This document shows, piece by piece, positions 12,235 through 24,870 of a stretch of DNA of 64,000 bases. Location of the stretch: assembly GCF_006345805.1 (NCBI RefSeq), contig NC_043005.1:17794001-17858000 (forward strand), given 5' to 3'. The first letter of the stretch is position 1. Each line of letters begins with the position of its first letter. Below the pieces are notes generated by a model. The model had not been told where the DNA came from. It saw only the letters and a program-made list of their open reading frames with translations, and ran no database searches. The position numbers and the translations under genes are program-made. Source of the DNA: Octopus sinensis. Taxonomy: Eukaryota.

Positions 12235-13030
12235 TGCTTTCAGATTTTGGCACAAGGCCAGCAGTTTCGGTGAAGGGGCTAAGTCAATTACAGCGACTCC
12301 CAGAACTCAAATGGTATCTATTTTTTCGACTCCGGAAGGATGAAAGGCAAAGTTGACCTCGGCAGAATTCGAACCCAGAACACGTAAGGACGGGCGATAT
12401 GCCACTAAGCATTTCGCTCGGCGTGCTAACGTTTCTGTCAGTTCGCCGCCTTATATTGGGTCAATAGAGGAGACAAACAAGAACAGACAAAGGGATTAAG
12501 TCGATTACATCGACCCCAGTTCGTAACTGGTACTTAATTTATCGACCCCGAAAAGATAAAAGGCAAATCGTCCTCGGCGGAATTTGAACTTAGAACGTAA
12601 CGGCAGACGAAATACCTATTTCTTTACTACCCACAAGGGGCTAAACACAGAGAGAACAAACAAGGACAGACAAAGGGATTAAGTCGATTATATCGATCCC
12701 AGTACGTAACTGGTACCTATTTAATCGACCCCGAAAGGATGAATGGCAAAATCGACCTCGGCGGAATTTGAACTCAGAACGTAGCGGCAGACGAAATACC
12801 TATTTCTTTACTACCCACAAGGGGCTAAACACAGAGGAGACAAAGAAGGACAGACAAAGGGATTAAGTCGATTACATCGACCCCAGTGCGTAACTGTGCT
12901 TAATTTATCGACCCATAAAGGATGAAAGGCAAAGTCGACCTCGGTGGAATTTGAAGTCAGAACGTAAGAGCAGACGAAATACCGCTAGCATTTCGCCCGG
13001 CGTGCTAACGTTTCTGCCAACTCACTGCCT
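12235..13030 (-). mobile_element. One SINE A copy plus a three-unit SINE A concatemer
   Basis: Full copy at 12235-12450, then tandem bodies joined at GAAATAC|CTATTTC; TATATT(C/G)GGTCAA(A)TA present three times. Confidence 0.9.
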
Positions 13031-13974
13031 TATATTGGGTCAAATACGAACCGGGACATTTTAACAACTGGCGAAAAAGACAAATAGAAAGAAAGAAAGA
13101 AAAGGAAAGTCTTCTGCTTACATAGATAGAAAGTATTTCTAAAATATATTTTGCACTGCTAACTATTACAGACACAAAAGTGCACCGACAATTATAACCA
13201 TAAAGAAATTTATTTGTATTGTTATCTATACTAATGTATTGTTACGACGTTTCGGTATTGCGTTTGACGTATAACACATAAACCTCGCCTCAAATATCGA
13301 AATTACTTGCAAAATAATCAAGATATTGAACCACACTAACATGAAAAGCAAACTTAAAGTGTTTTTATTGCATATTTGAACCCCTCAACTTCTGTAGTTT
13401 TGAGATAACATTATTGGAGGTATTGACATTGAAGATTTCAATCAAGCAAGTCGATTGGATAAGAACTATGGCATCTGATGTTTTGGTGGGCGGATATATG
13501 GATGTGGCGCGGTGCTCAATATTAGTAATGTGATATTGTTCCTGAGTAACTTAAGAATTCGAACTCAACAGAAATGATATTCAAGTGTGAGCGTAAAAAG
13601 ACGGCGGTGAAATAATTTGTTAATTTCTAGGCAGGGGTTAAATAGTGAAGAAATTCGCTTCGCTTATAGGAGTTTCTGGGTTTGATGTTACTGCGGTACT
13701 GACACCCCCAGAAAATGCTTTCTATAGTAGCCTTGGATCGACTCAATCCTTTTGAGCGAAACAGGATGGATGGTACTATTACTGTTAGTACCCTGCCAAC
13801 CAATAATTTTCGTACCCAATTAATGGTAAGAATCTAAAGTATAACATCAGGTTGAATGGCAATGATCAACCCAGTCAGAAGAATGTAGCACGTGGGGCGC
13901 TTGGAGTCGTATTTTCGAGGGAAGTTAAAATATTTCCAATGGCTCAAATGCTTGAATTTCTTGACCTATCTTTC

Positions 13975-14240
13975 AGCTTTCACTTGTTTCAGTCATGCTG
14001 GGGAAGCGCATTGAAATGTTTAGCGAAACAATTCGCTCCTTGTACTTATTTAAAAAAAAATTGGTTCTTATTCTATCGGTCTCTTTTGCCGAACCATTAA
14101 TATTGAGAGACGTAAACAAACTAACACCAGTTGTGAAGCGATGCTGGGAAGACAAGCACAAAAATACATACACACACAGACACGCATGGATATACGCAGA
14201 CACACACACAGACACACAGATACACACAGACACACAAACA
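13975..14240 (-). mobile_element. SINE family B, 3' half, diverged
   Basis: CTTGTTTCAGTCA..ATTCTATCGGTCTCTTTTGCCGAAC. Confidence 0.75.
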
Positions 14241-14550
14241 CCTCTCGAAAGAGCTGTTCTTCACTCCTGCTCCAGAGCGTCGGCTGCGGGGTCACTCCGA
14301 AAAGCTCTATCTGCGACGATTTCATCTCTATCAAAGGAGAGAGGCTTTCTCTGTCCGGGTTGCGGATCCGTGGAATAAGCTGCCGGACGAGATAGTGAAG
14401 ATGCCGACGACCGCTCGGTTCAAAGTCTCTCTTGACCAGAAATGGCCTGAACTCTTTGCATGAACACCACCCAGTACATAACTCCATGTCCCCCTACATG
14501 GCCTTGCTTTTTGCTTTTTGAGCCCCAAAATTAACTTAACTTAACTTAAG
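14241..14550 (+). mobile_element. CR1-group LINE 3' end fragment
   Basis: Translates ..LRGHSEKLYLRRFHL..AFSVRVADPWNKLPDEIV..FKVSLD (RGH.KL / FS.RV..WN.LP motifs); (TTAAC)n tail. Confidence 0.8.
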
Positions 14551-14976
14551 ACTCATACACACACACACACACACACACACACCTGTTTTGGAAGTGTGGA
14601 TCTCAAAGCACATAAAGTTACATTATTTATATCTTTGTGTACTTCGAGATCCACTCTTTCACAAAAATAAGAATTATTTCACATTCTCTCCAAAGTTTAT
14701 AAATCTTTATGACGTCAACACTTATGCACCCACGCGCACACGCACACATATACACACGTATACGATGGGCTATCACACAGTCTACGCCTACCAAACTCAG
14801 AAGGCGTAGGTCAGTTCCCTATCTGAACATATTTAGTATTAGTTGCTTTCACATGAAGATCTCATTAGTATTTTATATGTCCAATGACCAGTTTATGATA
14901 TCAGCAAAAACATTTACTTTAATAATTAAAAAAAAAATGGTTAGCCAAAAAAAAATGAAAAAAAAAAGTCCTCACA

Positions 14977-15290
14977 TCTTTATATATAAAACTAAAGTTG
15001 TGTGTGTGTGTGTGTGTGTGTCTGTCTACTCCGATTTAGATTCCTAACTACTCCCACATTTTGCGGTGCAGTTTAACCAAAAGCGGGTATCTTATAGTCG
15101 TGATTCATATCGAGCCCTTCTGGGTATTAGCGCGCGTCTACGATGAGTCTACGATTTAAAAAAGAAATTACTATCATTTTTCCGCATTTTTAATGATTTT
15201 TGCTCGGTTATATAAGGGAAGTAACTCTCTAAAAATGCTTATATAGTTATTTCCCTTACAAACCCGAGCAACGCCGGGTGATACTGCTAG
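14977..15290 (+). mobile_element. Non-autonomous Helitron
   Basis: A|TCTTTATATATA 5' end, subterminal hairpin CCCGAGCAACGCCGGG, 3' CTAG|T. Confidence 0.85.
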
Positions 15291-15573
15291 TTGATTATAA
15301 AGACCCTACCCTCGATTCACCGATGACGTAAAAAAGGAAAAAATTATAGAAGTGAAAGAAGTGAAATGCATGAAATAATTTTATAAATTGCGGAAAATGT
15401 TTCGAAATTTATGAGCACACAAATATTAATCAATGTGAGATGACTAAGAAACATCTAAGAGTTATATATTCTGTAGATTTTCAGCTGCACAAACGTGTTT
15501 CTATCAGTTTTGCTGTTTTACACTTGCGCAATGAATTAAGATTTTGTGTTGGAACATTTTATATCAAGATTGA

Positions 15574-15736
15574 AGTGGCTGTGTGGTAAGTAGCTTGCTA
15601 ACCAGCCACATAGTTCCGGGTTCAGTCCCACTGCGTGGCATCTTGGGCAAGTGTCTTCTGCTATAGCCCCGGGCCGACCAATGCCTTGTGAGTGGATTTG
15701 GTAGACGGAAACTGAAAGAAGCCTGTCGTATATATG

Positions 15737-15767
<31 letters not shown>

Positions 15768-15985
15768 TTGTGTGTCTGTGTTTGCCTCCCTAGCATTGCT
15801 TGACAACCGATGCTGGTGTGTTTTCGTCCCCGTCACTCAGCGGTTCGGCCAAAGGGACGATAGAATAAGTACTGGGCTTACAAAGAATAAGTTCCGGGGT
15901 CGATCTGCTCGACTAAAGGCGGTGCTCCAGCATGGCCGCAGTCAAATGACTGAAACAAGTAAAAGAGAAAAAGAGAAAGAGAGAA
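15574..15985 (+). mobile_element. SINE family B
   Basis: Full body with internal (TA)/(TG) tract and GAAACAAGTAAAAGAG tail. Confidence 0.9.
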
Positions 15986-16349
15986 ATCTCTAGCAAGTGC
16001 TCATGTAATTTAAACTAGAAGAACCAGCTACTTCTCTGTTTCAGTTCTTCTGTGGTTGTAAGAATTTTACATTAATATAATCGTATCATGAAACTACGAT
16101 GCTTGAAAGATGCTGATCCAAGGCATCACCCATCGAAGGTATTCTCTCCAAACCTCTAGTCATGCGACGTTCCCATTCTGAGATGAATATTAGCACCTTC
16201 CATGCAAGAAATTAGTAAACTGAACATCTGAATTCTCATCGTCGAAACCGACGCAAAACCTACCATCATCACGTCACTAATGCTTGACTATCTAACTGGT
16301 ATATGAAACAATATTACTGCTTGTCTCAAAGTAATTGAGCTATCCTATA

Positions 16350-17000
16350 TTATCATGGCTTTCCTTTTATGCTCCTACCCGAAGGAAGAATTCGCATGTA
16401 TCATTTCTTTCAAACTAGCATCAGTTCACAGACTTCTGGATGTCATGTTATTCTAATCTTTCATCTTCTAAAAATGTTGCACCCTGCAGCAACCATTTTG
16501 ACGAATTGCAACATCAATGTTTTCTGTACTTTAGTTTCTGTTTCGGATCAATTTATAGTAGTGGTGATCGAATTTATTGTAGCAGTTTCTATAGTACTTA
16601 GTTTTAATATCAACCAGATAGTTCTCCTTCAGAAAGGCGTACCATACATGGACACTATCTAAAATCAATCTCTCCGTCATGAATATTTTTATCGAAGCTA
16701 AGCTCCCGGAAAGCACAATTCGTTCTACTATATTCCTCACCACAAAAGAAGCAAGCACAAGTTTTGATTGGAATTTGCATTGACTGCTTTGGTGCTTGTC
16801 TTGGAGGAGGTGACCCAAGTAAATAACCTTTTTATTACTCGTTCAAATACTGATGGCTTCTAAAGGTGACCGCAATTTTTATAAGGATTCTGAATTTTTT
16901 TCACCAAGTATCTTCATCTGGAAGCCCTGTGATGCTCTACAAAATTATTTGAATTGAATATTGAGGCTTCAAATATCGTTGCCTGCTCCCTCTCTACACT
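16350..17000 (-). pseudogene. Possible very decayed LINE APE endonuclease
   Basis: RIVLSGSLASIKI..LILDSVHV.YA loosely resembles APE motifs; weak. Confidence 0.3.
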
Positions 17001-17069
17001 CAGCAACCAGAAAGTAGAGTCCGGCTCAACTAATTTGGCGCATATTCTCCAAATGAAAACGTAGGCCAA

Positions 17070-17640
17070 TGAGGAAGTATTTATGTAGCCTATAAATAAC
17101 TGCTAAATCTCTCCCAAACCACATACAATCGTCTTTGTAAAAAAAAGGTTATATTGGACAATGTAATCTGCTATAAACTATATCTGAAATGACGGAATGA
17201 TCTAGAGGAGAGCGCTTTTGATTATAGGCTCATTCGATCAAGGTTAAAAGACAATAACAACTACAACTACCAAACCAGTGAAGCATATTATATACGATCG
17301 CTCAAATATCCTCAAATATTTTTCATCTTTTAGCCAATTCTTTTTCAGTACCATTCCCTCGTCTCCTGCCCAGTTATTCTAAACTGGTTAACCATATGGT
17401 TCATGTGCTCAATCACTAGAAAACACAGTGTACAGCAAGGAAAAAAAGGAAAACCAGGTCAACCCTCAGTGAGGCAGACCTGTGATTGAAGGCATTGCAG
17501 CTGTTATCTGCCAATGCATATTCAAGATAGCTAGAACTACATCGCCAATTTCAAAAAACAAAAAGGGTGTGGTATGATTTGAGAAGGATATGGCTGCTAT
17601 TCTAGTAGATCAAGCGGCCACGGAGAGGCTCCTTCAATGG
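17070..17640. repeat. Old dispersed repeat fragments in both orientations (CTAGAAATAGCAGCCAAA / GGATAATGTAGT family)
   Basis: Similar degenerate segments near 9630, 18540, 32150-32580, 34760, 61020 and 62200. Confidence 0.5.
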
Positions 17641-17739
17641 CTCTCGGTAGCTGGGGTTTGAAATATAGACCAAATGGCTAATACAGACCAAATGTCATGG
17701 ATCTGATAAAACAAAAATGACCGAAGTTATCAGATACAG

Positions 17740-18170
17740 CCATGTGTTGAGAGGGATTCTTTGGGGTTTGAATAATTCACTTCTGGAAACATGGGTGTTT
17801 CGTTCAACATCCTTAAACAACCCTTATTCAGGGACCTTTTGAGTGGGATGGGTTACTCGACCATAAGAAAATTCTAACTGGGCCCCACTTGCAAGGACAT
17901 GTGCTGTTTATCTTGATATAAGATCACCATGTCGCGCACATATGGTTGTGATGCATGTGCCTGGTGTACCCTTATCAGACGGGTAGTTGTGATGGGTATA
18001 TTGGGCTTCGTATATTTTACCCCAGTGTCACTTTGATGGCATGCACTGCTCTCTCACTCAATAATAATAATAGTAATAATGATGATGATGGTGGTGGTGG
18101 TGGTGGTGATGGTGATGTTGATGATGATGATGATGGTGATGATAATGATGATGATGATAATAATAATAAA
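17740..18170 (+). repeat. Probable retroelement 3' fragment ending in (TAA)n/(TGA)n
   Basis: GC-richer island running directly into a TAA/TGA tract. Confidence 0.35.
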
Positions 18171-18719
18171 AGCAAAGAATAGTCTTAACTTTTTCCTCCA
18201 GCTCTCAACCGTATTTAGATAATAGACATTTGCCCTGTATTGTAATTTTAGTTCAATTAAGTTGCCTTCCAACGTTATAAAAATCACTTTAGGTTAAAAA
18301 CCAAGTTATTAAAATCTGTGATTTTAGAGTTACCTCCCCCACAAAGACAAAAAACAATCGAACAACGGCAGCAATAAACAAAGAAAAATAAATCCAAAAC
18401 CAAAAGTAGTTTTTAATTATTAATTAATTCTCCGCGAATTAGTTGGATATTTGATTTATTATATCAAGCGATTCTTTTTGTACAAAATGTTGCATCTCAC
18501 GCATCAATTGAACCAATAATAATACGAGTCTCTAAGTATTTGATTGGCTTTCTAGAAATAGCAGCCAAACCTTCTTCACACTACACATTATTTTCTTTAA
18601 AAGAGAACACATTAAATATTGTAGCCTGCGATATACTATTCCAGAAAACCGGAGTCGTCTTAAGGCATGGGCACACTGGGCAGTTGCCCAGGTTCTCGCA
18701 AGTTTAGAGGCCCAATTCG

Positions 18720-19320
18720 TTTCTTTTCTACTCTAGGCACAAGGCCCAAAATTTTGGGGGAGGGTGCTAGTCGATTAGATCGATCCCAGTACGCAACTGG
18801 TACTTAATTTATCGACCTCGAAAGGATGAAAGGCAAAGTCGACCTCGGTGGAATTTGAACTCAGAACGTAAAGACAGACGAAATACTGTTAAGCTAACGT
18901 TTCTTATTTCTTTATTACCCACAATGGGTTAAACATAGAGGGGGCAAACAAGGACAGACAAATGGATTAAGACGATTACATCGACCCCAGTGCGTAAATG
19001 GTACTTAATTTATCGACTCCGAAAGGATGAAAAGCAAAGTCGACCTCGGCGGAATTTGAACTCATAACATAACGGCAGACCAAATACCCATTTCTTTACT
19101 GCCCACATGGGGCTATACACAGTGGGGACAAACAAGGATAGACAAAGCGATTAAGTCGATTATATCGACCCCAGTGCGTAACTGGTACTTATTTAATCGA
19201 CCCCGAAAGAATGAAAGGCAAAGTCGACCTCGGCGGAATTTGAACTCAGAAAGTAACGGCAGACGAAATACCGCTAAGCATTTCGTCCAGCGCGCTAACG
19301 TTTCTGTCAGCTCGCCGCCT
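18720..19320 (-). mobile_element. SINE A concatemer (three bodies)
   Basis: Tail-2 body plus two tail-1 bodies; complete head at 19320. Confidence 0.9.
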
Positions 19321-20012
19321 TCTAGCGGGCCAATTCAGACCTATGTATGTTGCGGTTTGCTGTCTTTAAATTAAGAATAGAAACTATACGACCCAGAGGC
19401 CTACAATGCTGCAAAAAACGCATGTACAAACAACAAAATAATAATGAAAAAACAAAAAGAGATGATCGTGCCTTTAGTGACTTTTATCATAGGCTCGCTC
19501 ATTCAGATTTCGCCTGAGGCCAAGCAACAGAACCTACGACAACGATGACGACGACGACGACGTCACCTCTTTCTGCTACAATATGGAAAATAAAGAAGTA
19601 TTTTAATATGTAATCAATTATGAGTTTGATCTTGAAGTATTAGGAGTGGTTTGGTGAGCGTTATTGGTGGCGGCTAGGATTTTGACATCCTATTATCATT
19701 AACGATCTAATTGAACTGGATTGATCTGAGCAAGTGAAAGTAAATCTCTAAGATCGTGCAATCAATAATTAATTATCGAGAAGCCTGATCGGTGTTTGAC
19801 TTGATGGTCTAGACATAACACCGAAAACGGCTTTTTTTTTTTTCAAAAATAGTTTTTTTACTTAAGCACACAATTCACCACAGATAGAGGAATCGGCCAT
19901 TGTGCAATGGAATGGAATATATCAATATCGGATGAAAATTAAGCAATAATAAATCTCTGAGTGAGATGTAAACAGTAGCAGCACGACATCGTGAAGTATA
20001 TTTGCCACCTAA

Positions 20013-20311
20013 ATGTGGCTGACCCATATAGGACGATGCTATTGTTGTTTATAGCCCCAGGAAGACATCTCCTCCATCTGGCTAATGATACACTGTCTGT
20101 GTCCGATCAGTATTTGCGAAAGGAAATCATCGTTCCCATCTCTAGCCTGACGTGATATACACGGACCCGCACGTAAGGTTAGAGATGGGAACGAAGATTT
20201 CTCTTCGCAAATACTGATCGGACACAGACTGTGTGTCGTTAGCCAGCTGGAGGAGATGTCTTCCTGGGGCTATAAACAACAGAAGAATCGTCCCCTATGA
20301 GTCAGACACAT
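20013..20311. repeat. Long inverted repeat or foldback (arms about 142 bp, 15-nt loop)
   Basis: 20013-20154 pairs with 20170-20311, roughly 88-90% identical by eye. Confidence 0.93.
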
Positions 20312-20584
20312 AGAATTTTCTGGTATATATTTTATCGGATCGGGATATATTTTATCGGATTAGTACCAGTCTCGTACTTGGGTCTATGTAATAGATTATC
20401 ACCTCCCCAAAATTTGGGGGCATGGTGCCCATGGTGGAAAGTATTATAAGTATTATTTCAATTGTGTGAAAAGCAACAAGTTATAATGAGAACAACAACA
20501 TCGAAAAATACCTTAGGAATGGGAACCCAGGTTCGAGATTTCCCAAGACACCTGATGAAGGTTGGAGGGTATATTCTGGTAACA

Positions 20585-23535
20585 TTCCAGATGCCAGTCA
20601 TCCTGCCTCGGTCTCTTGACCCAGGACTGCAGCTCAGTCAATGAGACGAGCAGATGAAAGGCTTGTCTGACAAACGGCGACCACATCTGTTCACCGTTTA
20701 GGTAGGATATCTGGAGATGCCGCAGCTTCAGCGCATGTCTGTGCATCATTAGCCACGGCATGCCCAGCCCTTCGCGTAGAGGGTGTTGGCAGCAGATGGA
20801 CCGTCTCACCAAAGGAACCTGTCCTCTCCACAAGAATTTAGAGTGGAGACGCTCCAACTTGGCGAGGAGCGAACGGGGACAAAGCACGACGGTGAAGCGG
20901 TTGTAGATGACGGCGAGCTGGCAGACACGTTGGCACGCTGGGCGAAATGCTTAGCGGTATTTCGTCTGCGTTACGTTGTGAGTTCAAATTCCGCCGAGGT
21001 CGACTTTGCCTTTCATCCTTTCGGGGTCGATAAATTAAGTACCAGTTACGCACTGGGGTCGATATAATCGACTTAATCCGTCTGTCTGTCCTTGTTTGTC
21101 CCCTCTGTGTTTAGCCCCTTGTGGGTAGTAAAGAAATAGGTTGTAGATGACGGACGCGATGTACGAATTCGCCACCTCCGCCAGACTTTTCAGTGACAGC
21201 TTCCTCTCAGCCCGTTTCTGGGTGAGACTTGCTACCCTGCTCGTCACGTTGTCCCAATTCTTATCTACCTGGAGGTCTGATCCGAACCAAACCCCAAGCA
21301 ACTTTACCGGTCCGCCCATCCAATGCCCAACGACGCTGTTGGACGGCATGGACTTGCCTCTCCAGGTGCCAAGTTGCAAGTCCACCGACTTTTCCGGGTT
21401 AAGTTTTGCTCCCGTCAACTTTTCATATTTCTCCAATGATGTGCCGACCTCTTCGATTTCTGAGGTGTCCGACACTATCACGGCGATGTCGCCCGCATAC
21501 GCCGACGCGGCCCTTCTGCGTCCCGATTCGAGCAGGATGCTCTGCAGCAGCTCCAGTTTCCGCAATAAAGCTCAAGAGTCAGTACGTACAGAAGGGAGGA
21601 GAGAGGGCACCCTTGACGGACCGATCGGGAGATCTGAAACGGTTCCGAGAGGAGGCTACTGACTTTGACCACCGAGCAGATGCCGCTGTGCATTGCCGCG
21701 ATCCAACCCCTGACAGGGCCGAAGCCAGCAGCTTTGAGGACAGCCTCTAGATATCGATGGTTAACCCTATCGAATGCTTTTAGTTGATCTAAATTTATCA
21801 GCAACCCACGAAAGCCAGGCTTACTCCCTACCCTTTCTATGATGCATCGCATGAGGTAGAGGTTGTCATGTATGGACCTAGTCGGGATTGTGCAGGTTTG
21901 CGCTTCCGCAACCAAATACTCGACGACAAGCGCCAACCTCTTTGCTAATATATTTGCCAAAATCTTTGCCAAAATCTTAAACTCTGTGTTAAGTAGAATT
22001 ATGGGCCTTATGTTACTTAATGTGTCCCTCTTGTTTTCGTCTTTCCTTATCAGTGTTACTATGCCCCGGCTCACAGAACTGGGAACGCTCCCGCTCTGCC
22101 AGTTGCAGTAGAGCGTTTCAAGGAGATCGGAGAACAAGTCTGGCGTATTTACGTAAAGTTCATAGGGCAGACCATCTAAACAGGGTGACTTGCACTTCGT
22201 GCAGCCAACGAGGGCATCCTAAATTTCGGCTAGTTATCTGCATTTTACAGCGCATAGCGTCGGCTGTCGCGAGACGCGACAAACCGACGAGGTGGGGGAC
22301 TGAAGCCCACCGCCATCTCCGCTCTACCACTCTCTCCGAACAACCGAGCAAAGTGCTGACGAAAGGTCTCATACATCTGCCTGGGATCGCTCAGCTCGTG
22401 TCCGTCTCGGTCAGTTAAAGACTGAATTGTGGTTTTGTTACCATGCTACGCCTCCGCCACGCGGGTCCATCGAACAGCTTTGATCCCCTCGTTTCCGAGA
22501 GCACGTGCCTTAGCTCTGACAATGCAACCTTCATGTTGCGCATTGAAGAACTGGTCTAATACCATTCTCGCTGCTAGCACGTCGGTTGCAATGCCACTAC
22601 AAACAGCCTTACCTAGTTTAGCTACTAACCCCTCCTCCTTTCTATTTTTTCTAACGCTACTCATTTGCTAAACACTATCGATATCATTCTAATCTCTCTT
22701 ATGAGAGCCACCCACCACCTGTTGTTGACGACCCCCCTATCAACTTCTTATTAACCAGATTGTTGACCCGGTCCCTGTAATCCTTACGTGTAGGATGCGA
22801 CACGTTCAGCTTCCAGTACCCGGTTCTAACCCACGCGCCTTAACTAGGTCGACCGTACAGATTACAAACTTATGGTCTGAATAGCCGACCGTTTTAAAAA
22901 GTGGATATCCTGCACTATTACTATCTATTTCCCTAGTGAAAATCCTATCTATATACGATCTAGATGATCCTAAGCGGTTGTTTCAGGTCCACACTGGCAC
23001 AGTAGGGAACTCTCGTCGGTACCTGTCAAACAGTTGGAACTGGCTGATCAGGTGCTTGAGGCATTTGCACTCCCCTCTTCTATCAGCTGCTTCCACACAA
23101 CCTCAGCGTTGGTCTAAGATTCCGTTCCAGTCCCCAACTAATAGTAAAGGGCGAGATGTACCTAGAAAGGCTTCCAGACGCCTAAAAAATCCGGCCGTTT
23201 GGCTGCGGCAGGGGCGTAGACGGCCACCAATCTAAAGACACTACCTTCACTATTGCTCACGTCCAGGACCACTAAATTCCCGTCCGGGTTCCGGAAGATC
23301 GACTCTTTCCTAAAGAGCACTGTCACTCCATCTTCCATTCCCGACCGACTAACAGATGCAAACATCGGAAGCCGTCGAACATGGGGGCCAGTGCGCGTAT
23401 ATTGGAGATCCTGGTCTCATTGACAGCAATTATATCCAATTCTAGAGACCTGAGGTGGTTGAGCAGGCATGCTTGCTTCCAGGGCGACCCCAGGCCTCGA
23501 ACATTTAAAAATCTTATTCTTAGTAAGGCTATGCT
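20585..23535 (-). pseudogene. Tx1/L1-clade LINE ORF2 (APE + RT), frameshifted, 3' truncated
   Basis: N-terminal ALLRIRFLNVRGLG; GYWKLN; RPIILLNTEFKILAK; LDQLKAFDRVNH; SVRQGCPLS; AYAGD(I); LLGVWFG; GLGMP. Confidence 0.93.
20912..21140 (+). mobile_element. SINE family A inserted in the Tx1 ORF2
   Basis: Full copy with TSD GGTTGTAGATGACGG (20899-20913 and 21139-21153). Confidence 0.93.
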
Positions 23536-23559
23536 GGTAAGCTAAAGAGAGAAGGGAAA

Positions 23560-24870
23560 GCTTTACTTACCTCCCAGTGTCTTGTGAAGGTCGGGTGATT
23601 TGACATCCATAATTGACGTATTTTTTTTGGGGGGGGGGGACACCTTTAAGAGCCTCAATATGGGTCTCACGTTCGAGGTTCCCACGTCCTCCGGAAGGAT
23701 CTCTCGAATTTTTGTCTAGGAATCGAGCGACATTCGTACTAGAAGTAAATCTTCTGGTACGCGAAATGTGTTCGATTCGAATATCACTCCCCCTGTTTCG
23801 AATTTAATGTTTTGTGTTCCTCGCTGTCCCTTCTATGAGTATGAGGCTGGGTGTTTTGTGTTGGTGTTGTTTAATTTGCTTGCTTGACTGTAGTGGTGAT
23901 GGTCTTGTTGTTCCTGTTGTGTCTACAGTTTTAGATGTTCTGTGTGAGTGTTTATTGAGCAAAAACACCTAAAGCTCCACGCGGCTCCGGCAGGGGGTGG
24001 TGGAGACCCCTGCTGTACTCTTTCACCACAACTTTCTCTCACTCTTACTTCCTGTTTCTGTTGTACCTGTATTTCAAAGGGCCGGCCTTGTCACTCTCTG
24101 TGTCACGCTGAATATTCCCAAGAACTACGTTAAGGGTACACGTGTCTGTGGAGTGCTCAGCCACTTACACGTTAATTTCACGAGCAGGCTGTTCCGTTGA
24201 TTCGGATCAACCGGAACCCTCGTCGTCGTAACCGACGGAGTGCTTCCAGATGTTCTGTGCGTGTTTGTTCTTGTGTCTGTTTAGGTTGTTTGCGTTTGGA
24301 GGATTCTGGTGATTGTGATGATGCTGGTTGTGTTTATGTTGGTGTTTTGGGGAAGATGTTTGCGTGGGTGGGGGTCTGTATTTTTTATTGTGGGCGTTGT
24401 TATGCTTTGTGGAGTTTTTCTTTTGTGCTTTCTTTTTTGTTTATTTTTTTTGGACCTTTTAGTCTTTCTTCGTCTTCACTACTAGAAGACAAAGAATGTT
24501 GCTGTAAGAATGTCTGTGCCTGTATGTGTGTTTATAGTTTTGTTTATGTGTGTATTTTTGTCTGGTGTGAGTGGGGTGGTAGAGCTTTCCTTGTTTCCCC
24601 CCTAGGGTGGTAAATGTCTTTGGCGTTGTTGCTGATAGCTTTGTCGGTTCTGGTGTTGTTTGTTGTCCTCGTCCCTGCATAGGCAGCAGTGAAGACCTTT
24701 GACCCCTTGAACTTTGTACCAGTTGGGGACAGTGAGATTGCAAATGAGTCATTTCTCCGCATGCGAAACAATGCGGCCTTTTGCCCTCAGTTATAATGTA
24801 TATCATTGTTCCGTTCTGGAGACGGATCCGTGTGGCATTTAACCCCGTCTACGTTACCCCCTCCATCTCT
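23560..24870 (-). pseudogene. Tx1-type ORF1 (gag-like) remnant
   Basis: Zinc knuckle CFACGEMTHLQSHC (CX2CX4HX4C) in ORF 24459-24806, upstream of ORF2 on the same strand. Confidence 0.75.
23945..24247 (+). mobile_element. SINE family C, 5' truncated, inserted in ORF1
   Basis: Matches 44208-44584; TSD AGATGTTCTGTG on both sides. Confidence 0.9.
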
